The position numbers were made by a program, and so were the translations under genes. From the NCBI GenBank assembly GCA_964016885.1, contig OZ024744.1:79980001-80044000 (forward strand): a stretch of DNA of 64,000 nt, written 5' to 3'. Positions within the stretch are counted from its first letter, which is position 1; each line of letters opens with the position of its first letter. Below, one piece after another: positions 55,022-64,000 of the stretch. The notes below the pieces were generated by a model. That model was not told the origin of the DNA. It saw only the letters and a program-made list of their open reading frames with translations, and did not search any database. Source of the DNA: Eledone cirrhosa. Taxonomy: Eukaryota.

Positions 55022-55711
55022 TTAGCTATGTTCACTCAGTCCTCCATATTCCAACTGCTGTTTCCATAGCCAGAATTTATTCTCTAGCTCCTCTACTGAT
55101 TCTGCTATAAGAACCAGATCATCAGCATAGAGAAGTTCCCATGGGCATCGAGTCCTAAACTCCTCTGTTATGGCTTGGAGGACTATAATGAACAAGAGCG
55201 GGCTGAGGACCGAACCCTGATGTACACCTACTCTCACTTTACTGACAACACCCCTGTACATAGCTTGCACTGCCCTCACAAGCCATTCCTCTACACCTAG
55301 TTTCCTTAGGGACCGCCTGATGACAGATCGGGGTACTCTATCAAAGGCCTTCTCTAGGTCAACAAAAGCTAAGCATAGTGGCTTATTCTTCTCTAAGAAC
55401 TTCTCTTGTATTTGCCTCACCAAGAAGAGAGCATCTGTTGTACTTTTCCGAGGCACAAAACCAAACTGCATCTCATCTAATTTGACCCTTTCTTTAATCA
55501 GTTGCGCTAATATTTTCTCTGCCACTTTCATAATCTGATCCATCTGCTTTATACCCCTATAATTGCTCCTCTCTAGAGCATCCCCTTTACCTTTGTAGCA
55601 ATTTTTGAGAATACTGCTGCACCAGTCTTTGGGTATGACACCACCATATATAACTTGATTGATGATGCGTGCAACCAGTTTAATGCCTACTTCACCTGAT
55701 GCCTTCAGCAT
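55022..55711 (-). pseudogene. Reverse transcriptase core of the RTE LINE
   Basis: ORF with NYRGI, QFGF, DLEKAFD, QGSVLSP, LLYADDLVL motifs. Confidence 0.95.
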
Positions 55712-56213
55712 CTCAGCAATTATCCCCGACAGTCCAGCAGTCTTACCATTTTCATTTCCTTAACTGCCTCTTGTACCCTATATTCGTCAATCTCAATAGC
55801 TGGTTCCTCTGTCGGGTCTACTGAGGATAATTTCTCTCTCTCCCATTCGTTCTCCACATTCATCAGTCTCTCATAGTGACATTTCCAGGCCTCCTTTTTT
55901 TGATCATTCGTGACACTAAGTACACCGGCATCATTCCGGACACATTTATCTCCAACAACATCCTGATTTGCACTTACACATTGCCTTGCAATGCGGAACA
56001 CCGCACGTCTCTGATCTTCCCGTCACAGAACATTGGCAAACCTCCTACTCTCAGCCTTCCTACGTGCTAAGTACACCCGACGTCTAGCTTCTCTCCTAGC
56101 AGCTGTGTATCCTTCCCTACCCCCACCATTTTTCCAAGCCTTCCATGCCAGTCTTTTGTCTCTAATGGCCCTATCTACCATGTTGTTCCACCACCAGGTC
56201 ACTCTCTGTCTGG

Positions 56214-57310
56214 TTAAGCTCTGCCCCAACCACAAGTTTCTTCAGTAACCTGCAGTAAGTTGTCACTTAAGAAATTCCAGTTATCATCTATGTCATACAA
56301 CTCTAAATCATCTTTTTCGTCATACACGTCTTGAAGGGCTTTGCTAAATTTATATTTTAATGAAAGGTATTTTAGCTTCCAGACCTTTCTTTTCCACACC
56401 TTCCTGTATGTCTCATTCTTTCTCATGGTTACTGATATGTCACTAACGACTAACCTATGCTGTGGGGTACATTCTTCTCCAGGGTATGCCTTAGTATTTG
56501 ACACCATCTGTCTGTCTCGCTGTCTAACTAGCAAGAAGTCAATCTGGCTTATGTGCTCGCCTAATTTGTAGGTTATTAGGTGGTTGGTAGGCTTCTGGAA
56601 GTTAGTGTTGTAAATGGTTAGTGCATTTGCATCACAAAATTCAAGAAGCCTCACTCCTTCATTTCTTGAGCCGTAACCGTGCCCACCATGTACCCCAGTG
56701 TATCCATCCTGGAGCTGTCCAACATGTCCATTGAAGTCCCCTGCTAGCATAACAATGTCATTGAGGCTGTTTGTAAAAGTTGCTCATAAACGCAATCTTT
56801 TTCTTCTTTACCTAGGCCTGCCTGGGGAGCATAGGCAGAGATAATTGTCAGTAGTCTCTTGCCTACAACTAATCTAAGCTTAATTATTCTATCACTAACT
56901 CTAACTACCTCTATTGTCTTATTGATCCATCTCTCAGCCAGTAATATGCCCACCCCACCTAACCCATCATTATTACCTACCCAGAAAAGCTTATAACTAT
57001 GATGTTTGCCTGCAATTAGTCTTGCAGAGGCACCTCTCCATCTCACCTCTTGCACATAGCACACATCCACATGCCTTCTCTCCAGCATCTCCGCTATCTC
57101 ACCAGATCTACCTGTTAGAGCACCAATATTAAGTGCGGCAACTCTGAGATGCGATGTCTCGTTCTTTTTCCTGTTGTGCGATTGCCTGATGACGGTTGTG
57201 GGGTTCTCACACATGGCCACACTACCCACTCCATTACCGTGCGCAGCCCTAACATGGTTAGTATTATTGCTGTTTACGCAGTTGTTGCAAATTTCAATCG
57301 TTGTGTTCAT
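56214..57310 (-). pseudogene. Apurinic-like endonuclease domain of the RTE LINE (split by a frameshift)
   Basis: Two overlapping ORFs carrying the N, QE, YAP, GDFN, IDF and H motifs of APE. Confidence 0.9.
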
Positions 57311-58028
57311 AGTGTTTGGCAGTAGTATATATACTGGTTGGATGCCCTTCCTAACACCAGCACCACTTTACAGCATGGACTGGGTGCTTTTATTCGTGCC
57401 ACCAGCACTAGAGAGCTTGTCTTACTGGACTCATGGCCCTCTTTACCCCTCCATTTTACAGCATGGACTGAGTGCTTTTATTCGTGCCACCAGCACTAGG
57501 GAAGTTGTCTTGCTGGACTTCTCTATCCCGCACCAATTTATTCGGAGTGGTAGCTCTCCTAGACGGGTTGCCTACACTACGGCTTACGGAGCCCCCCCCC
57601 CCGTCTGTTCGATAATGTAATCACAAAGCGGTTATCGTACAGCGTCTGGTATGTATACCAAACGTGGTCTTGCAAGGGCGAGTGGGTGGGAAGTGAGAAG
57701 GAAATATGGCTATACGCACAAATTTAAATATTAACATTCACATCACATATATATATATGTATTGTTATACTTTGGGAGGGTCATGTTGCCAATAAGAAAC
57801 AGACGCACCAGTTGCTTTCACTCCAATTTATTAACCAACCAACCGGAAATTTATAAATTTTTTGAAAAAAACATTTTTTTTTTTTTTTATTTATAATAAA
57901 TTGGAGTGAAAGTAACTGGTGCGTGTGTTTCTTATTGGCAATATGACCCTCCCAAAGTATAACAATATCGGTTTCAACACCCGTTATCAGATAAAGAATC
58001 TTGCTGAACAAATTCAGAAACGAAATAA

Positions 58029-58059
<31 letters not shown>

Positions 58060-58539
58060 TATACATGTCACATACCTACATATATATATAAATATGTACA
58101 AATCTCATGCGAACATACTTACACATATATACATATATACATGTCACATACCTACATATATATATATATATATAAATATGTACAAATCTCATGCGAACCG
58201 AAAATTCTTGGAGATATGAATAATAATTGTTTCTTCTTTTGGCACAAAGCCAGTAATTACCCAGTACATTACTGGTACTTTATTTTATCGACCCCGTAAG
58301 GATGAAAGGCAAAGTTAACCTCGGCGAATAATAATAAACTATGTATATATATATATTTATATATATATATATATATATTCCTACATACATATATATATAT
58401 ACACATACACACAACAGAATAACTCGTCTAACCCGTGCCTGTATCAGTGGCCAGTTTCAGCCAGTTTAAAAGCTAATGGGTTAAGTTAACATTCTCATTA
58501 TTCAGCTGAATAATGAGAATGTTATATTACTAAATGAAA

Positions 58540-58731
58540 TAATTGTTTCTACTTTTGGCACAAGGCCAGCAATTACTCAGTACATTACTGGTACTTTATT
58601 TTATCGACCCCCGTAAAGATGAAAGGCAAAGTTAACCTCGGCGGGATTTGGACTCAGACCGCAAAGGGATGTAACTCTGTGCTGCAAAGCATGGTGTCAG
58701 ACCCTCGACCGATACTGCCAATCCACCGCCA
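58540..58731 (-). mobile_element. SINE family A copy
   Basis: Full consensus match; further copies near 58223, 59633, 63415 and 63962. Confidence 0.9.
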
Positions 58732-60487
58732 ATAATTACTAAATATATTAATGAAAATTATTGTGTACACTCTTCAGGTGCACTACAACACATCAAAGGT
58801 GCATGTATAGTACATAGAATAATGTACAAATGTCAGGAGAGTGAACAATGTATGAGTTATGATATACAGACAGATACATAATCCCTAAATTCTGGATTAT
58901 TTTCAAAATTACCTGAAACAAACACACAGGTAGTATATTTCATTAGAGATTATCATCATCATCATCGTTTAACCTCAATTTTTCCACGCTAGCATGGGTT
59001 AGACATAATCACGAAAGAGTTAAGATTGAAGTGAGTGATTTTAGAGAGAGAGAGAGATTGATACTAGGCTGCTATTTCTAGCATGTCGAGATGAGTATGG
59101 TTGTAGAAGGTGGATAGTAGTAAAAACTGAGGGTAGATGGAACTCGGTACATACATCATCATCGATTAACGTCCATTTTTCCATGCTAGCATTGGTTAGA
59201 CATAATTACAAAAGGGTTAAGATTGTAGTGAGTGATTTTAGAGAGAAAAAGAGAGAGATCGATACAAGGCTGCTATTTCTAGCATGTCAAGATGAAACTA
59301 GGTTTGCAGAAGGTGGTAGGGAGTAGAAAAAAATCTAAGGTAGATGGTACGTGGTACATATGCTGAGGAAGTATTTTTGGTAGGAAATAGTAGAAAGGAA
59401 TTTAATTTTAGAATGTCAAGCCCCCACAGACAAGATATGATGTAACATAGGAACAACAATGTTTATACAGCTATAATACCTTTTCATTTCAGTATACTCC
59501 TTATTCTTTTATTATCATAGTTTGAGTCATTGTACTGCGACCATGTTGGGGCACTATCTTCAAGGTATTTAATCAGTCATATCAACTGCAGTAAAGGCTG
59601 TGAATTGGTAGAGTCATTAGAATGTTAAATATAATTGTTTCTACTTTTGGCACAAGGCCAGCAATTACCCAGTGTATTACTGGTACTTTATTTTATCGAC
59701 CCTGTAAGGATGAAAGGCAAAGTTAACCTCGGCAGGATTTGAACTCAGACTGTAAAGGGACGTAACTATGCTGGAAAGCATGGCGTCCGAGCCTCTATCG
59801 ATACTGCCAATTCACCATATTTGTTCCAGCTCTCTGCTCTCTGAGTTCAAATCCCACCAAAGCCAACTTGGCCTTTTATCCTTTCAAGCTTGATAAAAAA
59901 AAATTAAAAAAATACCAGTCAAGTACTGGAGTCGATTCTTCCTCTATATCTCTTTCTCACTTTCTCATTATCTCTCTCTCTCGAGGAAATCTGCTATATT
60001 CAGACCTGGAGAGATGAGCTACACCAGCTCCCCCCCCCCCTCCCCAACAAAAAAAAAAGAAAGAAAATGACCATGAAGCACTGTGTATCACTACAGCTCC
60101 CCTACAAAGTTATCAGGAGTTACAGGTACATACATACATCAACTCCTGTACTTATTTTATAACACTGTTCTTGTTACAGGACATAAACAATCAGTACTCA
60201 AGCAGAACTACAGATTTCTAAGATGAGGCCAGGGAAGAGATGAGGCGAGAGGAGATGTAGCTCACTTACATATATACCAGTGATCTACCAAGTGAATTTT
60301 ATCATGACACCAGCACTAGGGAGGTTACCATGTCTTTAACATAACTGAAGAGTTAATTGTCCTAACCATTTGTTTGGCAGGTTTTCTATTACCAACCACT
60401 TTACAGAGTATATTGGGTGTGTTTAGAGAGACTGTCATGTCTTTGATGCAACTGAAAAATCCTCCTAACATTTACAGATGATGATGA

Positions 60488-60519
<32 letters not shown>

Positions 60520-60527
<8 letters not shown>

Positions 60528-60850
60528 ATAATAATAAATTTGAAGACTAAAATCCAAAGAGGGCTCGATAAGGATAAATATATATCAAATATATAAGAAC
60601 CGTAGAGCAAATATTTTTCCTGTCTTCCTTCGGTTGCAACGTTTTTTTGAAATATTTACTTCTGCGTTCACAGATTGACTTTTTTAGTTTCAGAAGATCC
60701 CGTAAAGGGTGAAAGCAGCGATTCTTTTCTTAAACTTTAATCTGTTATTTTAATAAATATTTGCTCTACGGTTCTTATATATCTGATATATATTTATCCT
60801 TATCGAGCCCTCTTTGGATTTTAGTCTTCAAATTTATTATTATTACTATA
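60520..60850. mobile_element. Element with ~95-bp inverted ends; family shared with 23240-23510
   Basis: 60520-60615 is the reverse complement of 60755-60850; interior matches 23395-23510 in reverse. Confidence 0.65.
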
Positions 60851-63594
60851 TATCATCATCATCATCATCGTTTAACGTCCATTTTCCATGCTAGCATGGG
60901 TTAGACGGGAGTTGTCCCACTTGAGGCAAGGCTGGTCGGGTGACCGTGTCTCGCTCATATAGGACTATCTGGCAGGTTTTCTACGGCTGAATGCCCTTCC
61001 TAACACCAACTACATTTACAGTGTGGAACTGGGAACTTTTTACCGTTACCTACACGGCTATATGTATGTGTGTGAATGTACCCTGGGTTCAATCAGGGGT
61101 AACTACAGTAAGTAAGGTACTCTGTACATTAGTAGAGTGTATACAAATTTTAATACAGAAATGGCTTCTACAGGACTAGAACTGTTTCATTCGAAAGAAA
61201 TCACCAGGACTTTCCTGATGATTTCCTTCGAATGAAACAGTTCTAGCCCTGTAAAAGTCATTTCTGGGAGATCAGTGGTTCTGATTCAGTACTGACTTGG
61301 TCCACATTGACTATTGACTTGTCCAACCCTTTCTAGCAGGGAAAATGGACATTAAAACGCAACGATGATGATGATTATATATATATATATATACAGTAAA
61401 TATTTTCCCTAACATGCATTCTGCCTTAGGGAGTAGAGTTGAGAGAAAGCATCTAGCTGAAGTAACATGGCATGATGCAGATAAAAGATACATCTCTCCA
61501 AGGATTGGATGCCAGCTTATCTCAAATAACATTCACCAGAAGATCTGGTGGTACCTATTCTTTGTGGATAAGTGAAATGTAATAAATAAATAAATAAATA
61601 ATTATAAAATGTCTACCAACCCCACTCTACCCCAGCCCACCCAGGAACAGTGGGGTGGGGGCAGGGCTAATATGGAGTAATGTTGATAATAGATGCATCT
61701 CCACCTCATCTATCCCTCCACCTTACCTAGATTTAATGCCAGCCAGTCACTGGTAACACTCCCAGTCCTGCTCTTCACCCCCAAACCAACAGTTATTCCT
61801 GGCAACTAGATGAACTGAAGCATGAAAAAAATAAAATTAAATGTCATACTATATAGGCACAGCAGACATGGCCTGTATGGTTATGAAGTTTTGCTTTGAA
61901 AACCAACAAGGTTTCACGTTCAGTTCAACTACTTGGCACCTTGAGCTTGAGCAAGAATCTTCTATAGTAAGGAGGTGGACCTCCTCCTCACCATCATTCA
62001 CCACCACCGTTCACCACCATCCACCACCATTCAACATCATTCACCACCATCATTCACAATTATTCACCATCATTCACCACCATTTTTACATCCACTTTTC
62101 TATACTAGTATGGGTTTGGATGGGATGTTTTCAGAATGTTCTACAGCCAGATACCTTTCCTGACACCAGTCTTCATGTTGAGTAATACTTTGTGAGTGAA
62201 ATGCCTCACTCCCTCCATTCCCCATCGCACTTCCAAGACTGGTCCATCTTAAAACACTTCTGTGTCCAGTTGCGGTTGACTTGAACCGGGGAATGTGTCC
62301 TCCACCCCCACACTACACTTACACCTAGCTGACAACACTTCTGTATCACCCCTTGTTGAGTTTGTCTTGAACCAAGAATGTGTCCTCATCTTCCCCTACA
62401 CTCACCCCCAGGACATACCCAGCTGACAACACTTCTGCACCACACCAACCTCACCAACGCTGTTTTAGTCTTGAACCAGCAATAGCATTGCATTAGCAGT
62501 TTGAAGCTAAACCATGTATTTCTAAAAGTTATTGATAGTTCCTGAGCTGAACATGCTAGCTCTGGAATATATCAGCCAGTTCCTTTTCATCAATGTCATC
62601 TCCTCCACCCTTCCCTGTGTTTTTCCTTAGAATATTGTTGTTCTTCCAACAAATCCTCTATAGAAGGCTAATATGGAAGCTCTTTGCCCCCACCTACTCC
62701 CACCTTGATTGAACATGCTCTGGAATATATTAACTAGTTCATTTTCATTGATTCCCCTACCCCACCCACCCCAAAGTTTCTCTGAGAATATTGTTGTTCT
62801 TGCCCTTGTTCACCACAAGTCCTCTATAGTAGGTTAATACAGAAGTTCCTTCAGGAACATTGCTCATTGCTACTTGACTGATAGATAGAAGGCTTACTGT
62901 GAAAGTTCAAGGATTTTAAAATGAAAATAAGCAAAATGAAGGATATGAAAGTAAAAAAGTAAAAACAGTACCAATAATAACTGAAGCACTAAAAATCTAA
63001 AGACTAAAATCTGTCTCAAGCCCGGAGGCTCATTAGACAGGTGTTTATCTTGGTTTCCTTAGTATTAAGTGACAGAGTACAAGACTTCTCCTGAAAAGGA
63101 CACCTGTCCATCAATGGATCAAAACCCCAGCTGAGCATACCAGAACAGTGTGAAATGAAGTGTTTTGCTCAAGAACACAACACACAACCCAGCCCAGGAA
63201 TCGAACTTCATGACATTACGATCTTAAGTCCAACACCCTTACCACGTGACTTCATGAAGCCCTAGGCATGATCAATGGTCCTGGTATGGTTTCCATGTTT
63301 GTGTTAATATTCTTCCAGAAGTAGTAATAGGTATGATGGAAAGAAATATGAACAGAAACATAGAAAGCAGATCAGAGATTACAATGGTACATGTGATATA
63401 TAAGACAGGGTGGAGGATTGGCAATAATCGGTGGAGTGTCAGACAACATGCTTTATGGCATAGTTACAGCCCTTTACCATCTGAGTTCAAATCTTGCCAA
63501 AGTTAACTTTGGCTTTCATCCTTACGCGGTCGATAAAATAAAGTACCAGTAATGAATTGGGGTTGATTTAATCGACTTTCCACTTCTTCACCCA

Positions 63595-63826
63595 CTTATT
63601 CCTGAGAGGGTCGTGGGGGCAGAGTCCTCTAACACTCCCTCCAGCAGGTCCTGTTAGAAGCAACTGTCTACAACTGATCCAGCTGGATCCCCAAGCGTGA
63701 CCAGCCAAGCCCATGGATGTTATCCAAACATCCTCCTCGGGATCTACCCCTGGGTCTCCTACCTGTTGGTTTCGCCCGTAAAATCTGTCCAGCGTTTCTT
63801 TCCCGAGACATTATAACCACATGACC
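63595..63826 (-). mobile_element. RTE LINE 3' fragment, same family as 2775-3092
   Basis: Direct nucleotide similarity to 2800-3020. Confidence 0.8.
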
Positions 63827-64000
63827 CCCGCCAACAAATTGTTGGCCTTGTAACTAAATCAGAAACTATTATCTAAGATAGCCCAGCTAACTACAGCCTA
63901 CATCCTATGTAAGATATTTTCAATTCAGTAACATAATTCAAACTATACACAATAAAGAGGTGAATTGGCAGTATCGGTAGAGGGTCGGACGCCATGTTTT

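Larger units (their letters stand above)
54153..57700 (-). mobile_element. Near full-length, inactivated RTE-clade LINE retrotransposon
   Basis: Colinear minus-strand ORF pieces: APE endonuclease (LNIG..QEVRW..SAYAPQ; AGDFNGHVG..IDFLL..HRLVV), RT (QFGF, FVDLEKAFD, GVHQGSVLSP, YADD) and RTE C-terminus (HGSETW..WYGHV..GRRSRG). Ends in a (GAT)n tail. Several frameshifts and stops; 5' boundary approximate. Confidence 0.95.

Overview
AT-rich, repeat-dominated eukaryotic DNA, not prokaryotic. The SINE and LINE families and the dense (TA)n/(CA)n/(GA)n/(CAT)n tracts suggest an octopus or other cephalopod genome (inference). Nearly all ORFs in the supplied track are microsatellite artefacts. Well-supported features: a near full-length but frameshifted RTE-clade LINE (54.2-57.7 kb, minus strand, APE + RT) plus older RTE fragments; two abundant tRNA-derived SINE families, one built from that LINE's 5' UTR and 3' tail; TTAA, hAT, Tc1 and Tigger-type MITEs; non-autonomous Helitrons; Penelope-like inverted-end remnants with degenerate hammerhead cores; an ~8 kb 62-bp minisatellite with higher-order structure; a 67-bp minisatellite; and a 501-bp spacerless palindrome. 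Among the repeats is a candidate minus-strand host gene. It has a 78-nt exon (11013-11090) and a set of phase-compatible 7-23 nt micro-exon candidates, or alternatively a signal-peptide first exon, plus possibly duplicated last exons. This gene model is the most interesting and least certain signal.
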